This document shows positions 36,570-50,676 of a stretch of 64,000 nt of DNA, piece by piece. Every line of letters starts with the position of its first letter. Within the stretch, counting starts at the first letter, position 1. The stretch is from Octopus sinensis (lineage: Eukaryota): contig NC_043012.1 in the NCBI RefSeq assembly GCF_006345805.1, positions 44,020,001 to 44,084,000 on the forward strand, read 5' to 3'. The notes under the pieces are model-generated. The model was not told the DNA's origin. It worked only from the letters and a program-made list of their open reading frames with translations, and made no database searches. Position numbers and translations under genes: made by a program.

Positions 36570-37039
36570 CTGTTAAGAAAAGAAGAAAAAATTAAAAAAA
36601 TAAAATTTATTACAACAAAACAGACATTAAGTTCATTTTCTTCAATACATTTTCATATTTCAGTTAATTTTTTTTTTTTTTCAGTTTAACCATCATTAAG
36701 CAGTAAAAGTCTATCTATCTACCAGCGACAATGACGACAATCTGTTGTTTCACAGAATTAGTGCAGTGTCTGGTTTAATTATGCTTTTTATCACACCATA
36801 ACAGATGCTCTAGAATAGTGTCTGCCAAACTGTGTGCTGCAACTGTGCCACAAAAAACATTTTTGGGATTCTTGGGAAACAATGATCCAAGAACATTCAC
36901 AAAATTCGAGCATAAATATAAATTAATTACATAAATCGTAAAATACAGTAAATATAGATTAATTACGTTACACAACAAACAGCAGTTTTGCTACAACATA
37001 TTACATTTCTGCATTTAAACCAGATTTTCGAATTTTTAT

Positions 37040-37775
37040 GTTTTAGATGTCGGCGATCATGAATATGCAACACAATTTTTTAAAAATTTCACTGTCCCCG
37101 TCCCCAATTTAAATTTTTGATTTTGTTTACTTTAAAGAGATCGTAACAAATTGACAAACAAATGCAAATTGAAATTAAATACAGACAAAAACATTAAAGT
37201 GTAAAAACTTTGAGTTTTACTTGTGTTTGCCTTAAATAAGCGTAAATAATAATATAATACAAATTAAATATATTAAAAATAATAATATAATACAAATACA
37301 CCACATCCCCATGTGAGCCATTTTATGATATTTAATAGTTAATGTTATAAAGTTTATAATATTTAATAGTTAATGTTATAAAGTTTAATAAGAGGCTCAA
37401 ATTTCACCCCTCCCCCAATTTTAAATTTTGAACATTTTCATCCATTTATTTATTTGTCTATCTATTTATCCCTATCGTTTATTCATAAAATATATTTGTC
37501 AACTGGACGTGGCAGTCCTATAGAAGACGGTGCTACTGTTGTTTTCAGCCCCAGTAAGACGTTTTATACCTATCAGTATGGTTATTGAAGTTTCAAAACA
37601 AGGTTTCTTGCATATCTGGAATCTCCTTCATCTAAAAACATAGGAAAAAAAAATTTCGAAAGTATTCAAAATTTTTAATGGCAGGGGGAGGGATGGTGGT
37701 GGTGGTGGTGGTGGAGAGGGTATTTTTTTGTTTTTTTGTCTTTTTGCATATTCGTAATCTTCGACATCTAAAATG
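37040..37775. mobile_element. Probable nested MITE inside the hAT 5' region
   Basis: Inverted repeat ttttagatgtcggcgatcatgaatatgcaa / ttgcatattcgtaatcttcgacatctaaaa; true termini not resolved. Confidence 0.45.
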
Positions 37776-39719
37776 TACGAATCTGAAAAAACTTTCCAAA
37801 AAGTACATTTTTCAAGGAGAGGTGCATTAGCCCCATAAATTGTTTAGTAGTCCTAGTAGTTTTTAATTTTTTATTCATTTATAATTTACATAAATTATTT
37901 TATATTAATTTTAATCGATTTTTAATTTTAGATTTAAACACGAACAAATTTTTATTGAGATCTCAGAAAAATGAGAAAGAGAGAGTCATAGCAAAGAAGC
38001 AAACACCAGAATAAAAAGTTCACCTCATCAAAACGAAAATATACTGAATATTACATCCAATATGGTTTTATATTATCGGAAAAAAAAAAACAACTCGGTT
38101 CTTTTTTGTATGATTTGTTTAAGAACCCACTCAAATGAAGCAATGGTTCCCAGTAAATTTCAACAACATTTAATAACAAATCATCTGCAACATAAGGACA
38201 AACCAAAAGAATACTTTGAGATGCTAAAAAATAATTTACAAATTCAATCAAAAAGGCTGAAGAAATTTCACTCAATTCCTGAGAAAGGTCAAATTGCTAG
38301 TTACAAGATTGCCCAGCTTTTAGCAAAGAAGGAAAAAACATATTCTAATGCTGAAAATATTATTTTACCAGTCTTAGAGATCGCCTTTGGCATAATTAGT
38401 GAAGAAGCCGTCAAACAAATTAGGACCATTTCTTTGTCTACCCACATTATTTCTCATAAAATTGAAGACATTTCGTGAGATATTGAGGATCAGCTCCACA
38501 AACATTTCACTGAAGCAAAAAATGAACTTGAAAACTTGTGGGCCTTACAAATCGATGAAAATACAGACATCAGCAACAAAGCTCAACTAATTTCATTTCT
38601 GCGAATAATCAGAGGTGGTAAGATCATAAGTCAGTTTTTCTTTTGTTGTGAATTGAAGGAAAGAATGACAGGAGAAGATGTCTTTAACCTGGTAGACCAA
38701 AATGTTGTATTGAGAGGGATGCGGTGGCAAACTTGTATTAGCATTTGCACTGATGGTGCTCCATCCATGCAGGGTCGGAAAAAAGGCTTCGTGGCTCATG
38801 TATTACAAAAAAATTCACAAGTTAAAATTGTACAATGCATGATTCACTGTGAAGTTTTGGTGTCAAAATCTCTGACTGATGGTCTCCTGAAGATGATGAA
38901 CAATGATGTTGAAGTGGTGAATTACATAAAATTACATTCCCTATGATGCAGACCTTTTGCATCCCTATGTGAAACTATAGATTCTGATTTTAAGAGTTTA
39001 CTGCTTCATTTAACTGTTTACTGCGATGGCTCTCGAAAGGAAAAGTGCTCTCTAGATTTATCTCTTTGCGAGCTGAAATAATATGTTGTTTTGATGCTGA
39101 AAATTCTAGATTTGAATTTATTAACGATGATAATTGGTGGCTGGAAGTAGCATTTCTCCACAATCTTTTTTGAGAAGGAGAACATTCTAAGTTTGAGTCT
39201 GCAAGGAGCAAACGAAAATATTATTACAATAACAGGCAAATGGAAGTCTTTCACTGTAAAGTTAGAACTGTGGATTCTGTATCATTTTCTAAGTATTTTC
39301 CATCACTTGATTATCAAATGTACAAAAGTGGGTCATCAATCCTTTCGCAAGATATGACAGTACACACCTGCCATTAACAGAAGAAGAAAATTCAATACAC
39401 TTGAAAAACGATCCTGTGCACAAGCCTTGTTTTCTGTGCTAGAATTGTCATAATTTTGGATTTCACTTTGGAGCCAATATCCTCAATTAGCTACTACAGC
39501 CATTAAATCTCTGTTGCCCTTTGGATAATCATATCTTTGCAAATTAGGTATCTCTGCATTTATGGAAATGAAGTTAAAAAAAAAAAAAAAAAAATGATTA
39601 CAGATGGTAGATGAGGTGTTACATATTTGTTTATCTAATCTAGAGAGTCATGATTTGACAAAATTCTTTCTCAAAATCAATTGCATCCTTCACATTAAAA
39701 ACATTATTATTGTATTATA

Positions 39720-39728
39720 TTACCTATA

Positions 39729-39766
<38 letters not shown>

Positions 39767-39933
39767 ATCATCATCATCATATATATATATATATCACATC
39801 ATCATCATCATTATATATTTATATATCATCATCATATATATATATATAATATATATATATATATCACATCATCATCATCATATATATATATATATATCAC
39901 ATCATCATCATCATTATATATTTATATATCATC

Positions 39934-39991
<58 letters not shown>

Positions 39992-40010
39992 AATACATAT
40001 GTATTATAAA
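39720..40010. repeat. Compound (AT)n/(CAT)n microsatellite inside the hAT
   Basis: Repeated blocks of tatatatcacatcatcatcatc separated by (AT)n. Confidence 0.95.
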
Positions 40011-41149
40011 ACAATGTTATTTTATTGTTACTATAGTAATATATTTATTTTTATTCATACTAATAAAGTATATTCAATTTTGTTGGGATTTTTATTTGGC
40101 ATACTGCAAAATAAATTCTCCTTGCCCAGTGTGTCATAAGGTACAAAAGTTTGGCAGACACTGGTCTAGAATGAGGAGCATTTTGAACCTTCTGCATAAG
40201 TATTTCTCTGCTCTTCATAGCTGTTCTTACATTCTATTAAGAACTTACCAGACAATTCTTGCTGAACCTAGAAGATATGCTTTCAGCACTGCACCTGCCC
40301 CTAATGAAGATCAAGTTTATCAAGGATCATTCACAGATTTTATATCATTGTTTCCAAGGCTCCAATAAGAACCAGCAGTATTATGACCTTGTATACTTTT
40401 CTGTTCTAGCATTTAAGCATTTCCTACTTAAAGATGGAGTAATACTTTATTTTTTCTTTTCCTTTTTTTTTTTTTTACTCTGAATCAAGAGGATATGTTA
40501 TAAATTCATTATTAGTCTGCGCTGTTTTGATTTTTTTGTCTAATTAACATTCAGATATAAAATCTTAATCAGATATAAAATCACAGCAAACATAAGGTCT
40601 TCAATTATGAAGGAAGAGAAAGGACTGAAAGAAATGCATGCCTTTCTGAAGAGTATTAGTGAAGAAAGAGAAATGATATGGATGACCAGAAACTAAGAGC
40701 TGGGCTTAGACTTGGTTTGCCAGATTTTTTTATGTTCTATGACACTCACCTGATCCTGTGTAAATACAAATGCTCAAAATTACGGAAGAAAGAAAAGGGA
40801 TTGGTGTGAAATGAGTGAAATGATTCCAAAAAGAATCTAAATTAAATCCCTGACTCAGCTCTATTACAATACACGATTTCTTCTTGTTGAGGACTACAAA
40901 ATCTGGTTTATTGTATTCTATTCTTCTTTCAGTTCATTATAGGAAAGTTCCACAACTTCACTATGTCATCTTCAAGGTCTAGCATTTTTGTTCTTAATGA
41001 ATGCTTATAGCATTTTTCTGCGCATGCAAAAACCAAATTTTCTGCAAAAATCCAAAATATTATTGCAGCAACTTTATCATCCAATATAATGTAAGTTATG
41101 GGCTCATTTGAATCATCACACATTCTGCATTTAGGTGAACAATCCTACT

Positions 41150-42560
41150 GATCTATCATTCTTGTGATCCAGTTTACGTTTAGGGTCTGTTCCTATGCTA
41201 CTAAAGTCATTCTCTTATTCTCTTTCTTCAGTACTCCTTCCTTCAGCCGTAGCCAAGTGTCCTTGTTATCTCTTCTCTCTTTTTCGTTTCCATAAAACCA
41301 GAAGTTAAGCTTCTTTCTTTCAAAGATTTATTTCCTCTTACCCATATTTTCCTGTTTTCTTCTCTTTATAGGTTCAACACATTCTGTAAATAGTCCTTCA
41401 CTTGTTATCTCCTTCAAGAGGGTTTCTTCTTTTCCTTCTAGATGGAATCTAAGACTTGTCAACTCTAGTTCTACTTCTTCAACACTTATTAATCCTCTTT
41501 CTCCAGAATAACCAATCTGTATCTAATAAGGAATTCATGCTTCATCATTTTTGTGTCAAAGTCCTTTAGCTCATTCTTTCTCTATCAATTCAATGACTCC
41601 TACTCCATACATTATTAGGGACTCTTCTCTCAAGTTGATTGCCTGTACAATGTTTCCTGCATTCAATATGGATTTAAGAATTTTCTTCAATTTGTGAAAA
41701 TACTTTTCACTGAGGATTTCCTTCATTTTTTATTTTGTCATTTTCCCAATATTTCCAAATATTTAAAAGTTTCTTCTGCATTTGTATCTTCATCATTAGG
41801 TAGATCTACTCCAGTATATTTTATAGGTTTTTTCCTTGCTTCATCTCTTTTAATTTCAAGTCATCCCAGTATCATATTCTTATAGTTTGCACTAATGAGT
41901 CTAGTAGGCCCATGATTTTGCCACACAGTTTAAATAATCTATAAATAAAGGATGATTCACTTTTCCCCTATTCTTTTGCAGTGAGTATTCTTCTTTAGCT
42001 TTGTTCACTATAACTGACAAAGGGATCAGTGTGACTACAAATAAGATGGAAGAGGGGTTGTCCCCTTGAAAGATTCCTCTTCAGATCTGTATATGTTAAT
42101 CTTTCTCCCTCATATTAACTTTATTCTCAAATGACACATTTCTTTTTGTTAACAGATGCTTAATTTTTCTTGAGATCTTGAAGAGTTTTAGGCATCACTT
42201 CATCCATGAATGTGCAGCTAGGCCCTACACTTTTCTGTAAATAATCCACAGAATGCAAATATAAGTCAAGCTGTTTCTGCAATTTCTCAAACTGTCTTCT
42301 CAATCATTAACTGGTTTGTTTTTTTTTCCTTTTGTACTCATCCATAGGAGGTCACAGGTATCAAAGGTGTTTATTTTATCTCCATCTTGTTTTGAGTGGA
42401 AGCTATGCCTCCTCCTTCTTAGTTATTTGCGAATGTGGTGGTTATCATAATTCTGATATGAGAAGATACAGATTTCTGTTAGGTTGTCATAAGGATAATG
42501 TTTTTGTGTATGTATGAATGCAAATGGAGTTAAGAGTCATTTGAATCAATCCTAATATAG
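41150..42560 (-). mobile_element. Highly degenerate RLE-clade (R4/Dong-like) RT fragment
   Basis: Minus-strand remnants RGIFQG.N.S..LFV..LIPLS...KVNH.LF.D and KSILNAGN, matching GIFQGDSLSPLLF...INHLLFMDD...LNGGN. Confidence 0.6.
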
Positions 42561-43255
42561 TATTTGTTCTCAGAACAGTGAGTCATGAAACTGACTCACA
42601 TAAATGATAAAAATAGCAGCTGGTCTGCCATTTTCATTATTTGTATTAAATCACCTGCCATAAACAGAGACAGCAAAAAAAAAAAGATTAAATAAAGCGA
42701 AATAATGTCATCAAAGATACAGGAACATGAAAAGAAGTTTACTAATTTCTGCATCAATGAAAGGTGTGGACGTACAAAGAAAGGCTAAACAATGAACTGG
42801 ATGCAGCAGGCTTTGTCTTACAAAGACATTCTGAATAAAACATGTCCCCACTTATCACAAAAACCTGCATGCAACAATTCTTCACTTACCACGCAACATA
42901 ATACATAAGAAAAAGCTTTATGCTCTTTATTGTGTATAACGGTGTACTAGCATGGTCCCAGATAAAACAAAAAAATATAACCTGGGTGCTGGTGGTATGG
43001 ATCATACTCAAATGTTTGATCAATATAATTCAACAACAAAAACTACAACTGACACTTGTGTTATTGAAAAGATTTATGCTTGATATTTCTTTGTTCTGTC
43101 GACTGAGAAGGGCAATATAATCATAAGTTGTTAGGCCCTCTAGGACAGAGGTTTGAATAGCTGTGTTAGGTTAATATGGTTAATGTTCATTTAGAATTGT
43201 TGAAGGTTGGAGAGAACACAAATAATGGTAAAAAGAGAAATATTATGACAAGGAA

Positions 43256-43715
43256 AAGATCAGGTGAGTGTCATAGAACATAAATAATCTGGCAAACCAA
43301 GTCTAAGATCAGCTCTGAATTTCTGGTCATCCATATCGTTTCTCTTTCTTCACTAATGTTCTTCAGAAAGGCATGCTTTTCATTCTGTCATTTTCTTATC
43401 CTTTGTAATTGAAGACTTTGTACCTGTGTTTGCTGTGAAAGCTGTGTTAAGATTTTATATCTGAATGTTAAATTCATCATTAGTCTGAGCCGTTTTGATT
43501 TTTTTGTATAGTTAACATTCAAATATAAAATCTTGACACAGCTTTCACAGTAAACACAGGTACAAAGTCTTCAATTACAAAGAATGAGGAAATGACAGAA
43601 TGAAAAGCATACCTTTCTGAAGAACATTAGTGAAGAAAGAGAAACGATATGGATGACCAGAAATTAAGATCTTGTTTGCCAGATTGTTTATGTTCTATGG
43701 CACTCACCTGATCTT
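43256..43715. repeat. ~460-bp fold-back (arms 43256-43471 and 43512-43715); single-arm relative at ~40500-40870
   Basis: aagatcaggtgagtgtcatagaacataaataatctggcaaac... pairs with ...gtttgccagattgtttatgttctatggcactcacctgatctt; the right arm continues to ~43850. Confidence 0.92.
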
Positions 43716-44109
43716 GTGTGAACAGAAAAGCTCAAAATTATGGATGCGAGAAAAGGGTGTGAAACAAGTAATGCGAGAAAATTGGTGTGAAACAAGTAAA
43801 GTGAAATGGTTCCACCAGAATCTAAATTAGATCCCTGACTCGGCTCTCAGCAATTTACTTCTAATGTGCAACATTTTCCAGACTCAAATTCTATATACAT
43901 TAATCATTTATTAATTATGTCTGAAATTATATTGGTTATGTGACTCAATATATTTTGAAAATGATCAAATGAAGTCAATGGTAACCTGATCTAAACTACG
44001 ATTGCATTTTAGTGCATTAGGTTACAAACAGGGGACGATTGATGATGTCCCATGTATTGCTGTGTAAACACTTATAACTCTTTCAATTATGAATAAAATC
44101 TCCTCTTAC

Positions 44110-44143
44110 CTGTTACAAGGACAGTTCTCTTGGTTGTTGGCAT
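44110..44143 (-). CDS. PGPEP1: Pyroglutamyl-peptidase I-like, coding exon 1 (MPTTKRTVLVT-G)
   Basis: ATG at 44143-44141, 34 coding nt, donor G|gtaaga at 44110/44109 (phase 1). An acceptor ttttacag| at 44160 makes the exon 44110-44159, so a further 5'UTR exon lies upstream. Matches the family N-terminal VxVTG. Confidence 0.9.
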
Positions 44144-45039
44144 TCCTATTTTAGACAATCTGTAAAACAAAACAAAATTTTAAAAATTAATTGCAGAAGC
44201 TTTGAATATGCTTTGTTTGAACAATTTCATTTATTTACAGAGATTTTTGACTTAACTGAATGACTCATTTGTAAATGAGCAGAGCAACCAATTTCACTTC
44301 TCATTTCTGCTTCGGAAAGAGCAATGGTCATCTATGATGCTCAGTAAAAGTCAGTGGACATTATTTATCCGTTGCTTAGCAACTCAAAAACAAGATGGAC
44401 ATTTGACATACCAAAACTTTTAGAGGAAAAGTAATGTGAATATATTGCTCATTGGGAAAGTGTGAGCAAGCATTTCTTTATCAACATTTTATTGACATCA
44501 TGTAAATTAATATGATAAATGATTATCTAAACTATGTGACTGAATAAAAGTGGGAGGAGAAGGTAACAAAGAGCAAAACTATTAGTGAATGTGTAAGAGA
44601 GGTGACTTTGTTTGCATAATCATGTAATATGATATAGAGATAATATATGCTAGATGATAAATAGACATAAATTGTATGTAAAGAGTACATAAAATGGGAG
44701 AGAAGTCCTTCAAATCAAATGCAGACGCTGCCTTCTAGACACTTCTAACCTCCAACTAATGTTGTTAAAATGATGATAATATCAAACAAAAAGATTAACA
44801 AAAGAGAGAGTAAAGGGGAAAGAAGGAGAGTGAAAGAGGGTAAGTGAGAAAAGAAGAGAGAGACAACTAAGTTGGAAGTTGGTTATGAAAGAAAATTACT
44901 AAACATGTCAGGAACTCTTCATTTTAGTTTCAGAAACTCTGAGGTTTTACCTAAGAAACGAGTTAACAGGAATCTACGTTATTATCATAATTTCTCATGT
45001 TGGGCCTCACTGAGGAGATGACAAGGGACCAAGACTTCT

Positions 45040-46640
45040 AGTGATTTGCTGTACTCGACAAGACATGGCCATCCCTACATATAGGCATGTCTTTTATGGC
45101 CACGCCCCCACTCCCTCTCCCAGCCAAGAGGTCTTTGTTTTACAGGAGTCAGTGCCACATAAAAGGCACTTATGCCAGTGCCATATAAAATGCACTCGTG
45201 TCAATGTCACATAAAAAGGACCCAGCACAGTTTGTAAAGAGATTAGCATTAGGAAGGGCATCCAGCTGTAGAAACCAGACCAAAACAGACAATTGGAGCT
45301 TGGACAACTCTCTGGTTGGCCAGCTCCGGTCAAACCATCCAACTCATGCCATTGTGGAAAACAGATGTTAAATGATAATGTTTTGATGATGATGATGATG
45401 ATGATAATTACAAGTATTTTAGCAGGAAAAAATTGCAGCTCTAGTGATAGGACAGAAACCATTGTTTTCAGATTGGCAATAAATCAACTTTGTTGAATTC
45501 AAAAACAAAAAATAAAAATAATTTTAAAATTATAAAAAAAGATATATCAAAGTACTTTTGATCTGATACATGTTGAAACTAAAACAATTAATTCATGGTA
45601 AAGTCACAATGGACACTTAAAAATTCGCAAACACAGTTATATTCATTTTTGTTCAAGGCTTACTTATTTTATTTTTAGATATTCAAGTCTTTTGTCAATC
45701 ATTTGTGACTTGTTCACTGATACTCTATACCATTGTAATTTGTGAAATTGTACATTAGTTATTGGGTCGTAAATATAAACTTAATTTGTATTATGATCAA
45801 AGTAGTAAACACACGTGAGATTATTGACAGTGTACGTGTGTTTTAGATAACTATTATATCTCTGCCATTATGCACCTGATACATCAAGTACAAATGAACT
45901 TAAGAGGAGAGACTGGGAAGAATATGTTCTATGATATATCCAAGAGTGGACATTTTCATTATAGCTATATTTTGTAGCTCCTTTATCAAATGTAGTTGGT
46001 GATAAGGATGGGAGATGAGGACAGGGAAGAGGTAGGATATTTGGTCAATTTTTTATATATATAAAAGTGTATTTTGCAAATATACAAGGGAAAAGGTATG
46101 TCACCTTTACTTTATGTGCAAGGAGAGACTAAACAATAAAACACTATCTCATCATCCTCATTGTTGAACGTCCGCTTTTCCTGCTGGCAGGGTGGGATGG
46201 TTTCACAGGAACCAGCCAAGCAGAAGCTTGCACCAGTCTTCTGTGACTGTTTTTGCAGGATTTTTACAGTTGGATGCCCTTCCTAACACCAATCACCTAG
46301 CAGAGTGGACTCAGTGCTTTTTATGTAGCACAATGACAGGCACAGTCAGTTTTTACAGCTGGATGTCCTTCCAAATGCCAACCACTTTGCAGTGTGGACT
46401 GGATGCTTTTTAAGTGGCACCAGCACTGGCAGGGTCACCAAGTAACTTGCAAGACAAAAATCTTTAGAGAGGGGAAGGGCACTGGAGGAGGTGATCTTGT
46501 CAGATGATAAAAGTGAGACAGAGACAGGTGTCTTGCTGTAGAGGAGGTACAAGGTTGCCTGGCCAGAGAGAGAGTGAGAAAAAAGAGAGAGATCAGGAAT
46601 GAAGACAGAAACAGGTGTGCTACCACAAAGGAGATACATG
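45040..46640. mobile_element. RTE-type 3'UTR copies (~45040-45410 plus; ~46150-46640 minus)
   Basis: aggaagggcatccagctgtagaaacc...(gat)n, and the reverse-complement catcatcctc...ttggatgcccttcctaacacc. Confidence 0.75.
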
Positions 46641-48199
46641 GTTTCCCAACCTAAGGGAAACACAAGAGAAGGAGAGAGAGCAAGATAGAGATGGTGGCAA
46701 AGTGCTGGGCATACTCACAAGGGACAGGGATCAGAATATAAATGGGATGGTTGAGTAAAGGCAGAGAGAGATATAGATGGTGGCAAGTGCCAGGGCATAC
46801 CCTTGAGGTTCAAAGGTCATAGAATAAGTGGCAGACTATTGCCAAAGAAGCATGATTAGGGAGTGCAGCGGGGAAGTGAGTGGTGAAAACCTGGGTATAT
46901 ATAGAGTAGGAGGGCTACTGGATAGTACTGATGCAGAGAAACAGGGCCATGAGGATAGAATTGAAGAGTGAGAGGTAGGCATAGTGCATGAAGGAGGAAA
47001 TGTGAGGAAGAGAAGAGATGTAGTTTGGTTTGTTGTGGTAGGGTGTGTGAGAAGTTTTCTAAGTTTGGGTGGGACACAACACTTATAGAACTCAGTTTCA
47101 CTGACGTGGGTGGGTCTTCTCAAAAACCTCATATTGCCAGACATCTCGGTCAATCTCTCATGCACTATATACATTTATAGATATGCATATAAATAAAATA
47201 GATATATCATGATTGTTTTCGTTTGCTTTTTCCATGCTTGCATGGGTTGGACGAGACCCTATTTGGTAAATGACAATTCTGATACTAATCCTTACTTTTT
47301 GTCAAAGAAATTACCCTATTCTACTGGTCTTCACACATTAAATGGCAGCCAAGTATTTTGTTTATGAGTTCACTATACAAGTGGTGTGAATGCAAAAGTA
47401 ACTGGACACACACACACACTCAAATGCATACATATACAATGGTCTTCCAATCTTAGACTGAGCAAAAACAAAGATTATGTGCATAATGATGATGATGTTT
47501 AAAACATTTCAAGGTGCTCACAGTCATCTAACAGTCACAATGTAGTCAGTGGAATGTCAACCCTTGCATTTTATAGAGGTTAGCATTAGCAAAAGTGTCC
47601 TGGGGGTACTCTAGGTATCAATGAACATCAACAGAGCAGTCCTTCTAAACAACAATTGAAAGTCATTAGGCTGGCAGTGCTACTGATGGTGATGGCAGGT
47701 TCATCTGAGGTTTAGGATAAACTCACCAGGTACAGTAGCATTACAAGCTGTTCCAAAATCTAAGGAGGGTGACAAAAGTTCTTCATGCACTCATTCATCT
47801 GAAACATTGATGATCTGAGCAATTTTAGCCAAGATCATCCTGATATCTTATTTTACCAAGAAAAGACAAGCAGTTTCTTCTGATTATATCAACTCCAGCC
47901 AAATATGGGGTCGATATAACCAAATGTGTGTCCTGTGCCTATATTAAAAACAGATATGATTATTTACTGGTGATGTGCCATGTTTCACTTTGCCATTGTT
48001 TACATATTACTGCATTACATTTAATACTAAAACGTTTCTCTTTGGCATATTTATAAATAAGAGACTCTGGAATTCTTAGATAACTACTTTATTACCACAG
48101 AGTAGACAAAAAGATTTTGGTTTTTCAATATTTACACGATTTAAAAAATATTTACTTATTTACAAATTTGAAAAGATGGTGTCTTTTTTCATCTGGGGT

Positions 48200-49130
48200 A
48201 GCAGTAATTGATAATATCAAGAGTTGTAGCACCAGTTACACCCAAATATCTCACAAAAGAAAAACTTATTGAAAATTGTAAAAATAAAACACTACAAAAA
48301 GAAAGGATGAAACCATTATGTCATTTAAACAGACATGCAAACAATGGCACTTTGAAAAATCCAGAAGCATTTGGCAATGGCCAAGGAAATTTCTATAGAC
48401 AATAACAAGAACAGGTTCGTTAAAGTCTTGAGCTAACAAAGTGGTGTTACACAGGAATCAGCTCACTGGAGACAATAAGAGAAATATGTCACAAAAATCT
48501 TGCCACCTTATTTGAAAAACAAAAAAGACAAAGAGAAAAGTAACAGACATCTTCTCAAAAATTAGATGGATTTTCAATTTACCGTCACTGGAGCAATTGA
48601 AGACAACCGTGGATTATGTAGCTGGTCTTTGAAACTGAGAATGAGGTGAGACAACAGACCAAGTTAGTGCATGTGTTCTCAAGTTTATACCACAATACAT
48701 AAGAAATAACCCAAGTGTCATGGTTAAAGACATTGGGTTGGACATTTGACTCTTGTCTCTTTATGACCCTTATGGTGTAATACAGGCAGGTTGTCAGCAG
48801 CAAAGTGATCAGAAATGACATGTTGAGTGAGGTCACTGCACAGATATACATGTCCTCATGAGCACCAGATATCAAAGATCTATCCTGGAGCTATCCCTCA
48901 TCATGAGTGCAGAAACAAAAGTGATACAATTGATGTTGCAGGGCAGAAATGCCAGTTGCTACGTGTGTGCAAGAGACACCGGAGATTCCCAAGGAAGTGG
49001 AAAAGCAAGAGAAAGTGGCATGCAGCAAAGGAACCAGCATGCAACAACAGCAGCAAGGCCCAAAAGTTACTGTTTCCACAATAAAACTGGTCAAAGCTGT
49101 AAGGTTGGTTGGGGAGAATTAACCTGTTAA
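48200..49130 (+). mobile_element. Possible decayed LINE ORF1 (gag-like) fragment
   Basis: Patchy open frames ending in a CYVC..TGD zinc-knuckle-like remnant; no clean homology recognised. Confidence 0.3.
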
Positions 49131-49699
49131 TCTTATCATTGGTGCCAGAGAGATATTTTTCAAAAATTTTGCCAACTTAACTAGAATTTATTGAAAATAA
49201 ATTATAGCTAGGAGGAAAAATAACATATATCTTCCACTCAAAAAGCAGATGGGTTTTGAGTGTACCCTCAAAGGAACAACCAAAGACCACCCTTTAATTG
49301 TTCCTTTGAGAGACAGTAAAGAAAAAAAAAACTTAACAAAAGAAAACCAACAGGCCAAAACAAAAGGTGTACCATTTCAGTTGTAATCCTTGGTGCTACA
49401 TGTGACCATTTTTTGTTGTAATCTAGTTTATTTCACCATTTTAAGCATTGCCCACAGAAAAGTTTCAGTTCCCGTATGTATTTTTGATGGCTCTGTTTCA
49501 ATTCTTTAATTTCTTGTATCTATCCTTTCTGCTGTATACCAATGTTTAGTGCTAGTTGTGTCTATGGTTTTTAAGGAATTTGTGAGTGGAGTACTTATTT
49601 ATTTCAGTTAAATATTTCTTTCGTATTTTTTGTGTGTTGAAATTAAAAATTGCATATATTTCCGTGTTTAACAACCTTTAGATAAAAATCAGCCCTAAA

Positions 49700-50675
49700 C
49701 TCCCAAGAGATCTTGATCACTAAGTAACCAGTTTTCACCAGTTCATCATCCAGCTGAGAAAAGGTATGTTTCCATTGTCTCATATTGGAAATATGGATGA
49801 AACTCCATTAAACTTTGACATGCTGGATAACAAAATGGTAGACTTGAAAGGAGTAAAAACAGTGGTCGTTAAAAGCACAGGATATGAGAAAACGAGGTTT
49901 ATGGTGGTATTATCCTGCATGGCTGACAGTACAAAATTAAAACCCATGGTTATTTTTAACCATAAAACATAGCCCAAAATAGATTTTCCTCCTAGCGTTT
50001 TTGTTCATTTTCACGAGAAAATGTTGATGGATGAAAGTGATGTGAAATTATGGATTGAGACTATATGTAACAGATGGCCAAGTGGCATATATAATGAACA
50101 GTTTATTGGTTTGGGGTATATTTCGTAGCCACGTTATGGCAAATACTAAAACCCAGTTATCCAAAACCAACACTGATATTGCTGTTATTCCTGATGGTTT
50201 AACTTTATTGAAAAATTAAGGTTGTGTGTGATCCAAATTGTGTTATTTACCACCAAATGATAATAGATATTTTATGAAAAATATAAATATGTTATTATAA
50301 ATGTTATTACTACAGTTATACATCACCATTAGAAGTTTTGAAAGGTTAGCGAAAGATAAAGGTTACTATGAGCAGAACCATAACTCAATGCTTACATTTT
50401 CTCAGCTGAGCTTCCATAGATAAAAGTTGATTTCAATGATATAGAATTATCTCTCGAATAGGCTATTTATTATGAAGATATGCCAATAATATATAAAATA
50501 AAAATGTTTTTATTTACCTATGTTATAATTTTTTTTATATTTTGTTAATGTATGTCGAGGTCAAGTTTAGCTTATTATAAATTCAAAGTTTGATTTTTAA
50601 AAAGGTAGTATAAGATGACCCTAAATTTTTAGGGTAAATTTTAGGATTCAAAGGTCATGTTATATGTGGAAATAT
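49700..50675 (+). mobile_element. pogo-family (DDE_1) transposon 3' fragment
   Basis: IGNMDETPLNFDM...KGVKTV.VKSTGYEK.RFMVVLSCMAD..KLKPMVIF; terminus-like gtataagatgacc...ttatatgtggaaatata. Confidence 0.85.
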
Positions 50676-50676
50676 A

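Larger units (their letters stand above)
36816..40163 (+). mobile_element. Full-length degenerate hAT (Buster/Charlie, ZBED5/ZBED8-like) transposon with TSD
   Basis: TIRs tagtgtctgccaaact (36816) / agtttggcagacactg (ends 40163); 8-bp TSD ctctagaa / gtctagaa. Transposase remnants ~38030-39700 (BED-like CMIC..H, ALQIDENTDISNKAQL, CTDGAPSMQG, C-terminal FW..YPQLA..A..LLPF) with stops. Confidence 0.92.

Noticed and set aside
36722-36760. Alternative PGPEP1 first exon (KQQIVVIVAG|gtagat)
   Set aside because: No in-frame ATG before a stop, weak donor; the exon at 44110-44143 fits the family motif far better.
38062-38946. Domesticated ZBED/SCAND3-like host gene
   Set aside because: In-frame stops and frameshifts with intact TIRs and TSD indicate a decayed transposon.
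49267-49310. 13-bp hairpin with an 18-nt loop before an A-rich run
   Set aside because: Too short for a pre-miRNA; plausibly a retroelement remnant with no independent support.
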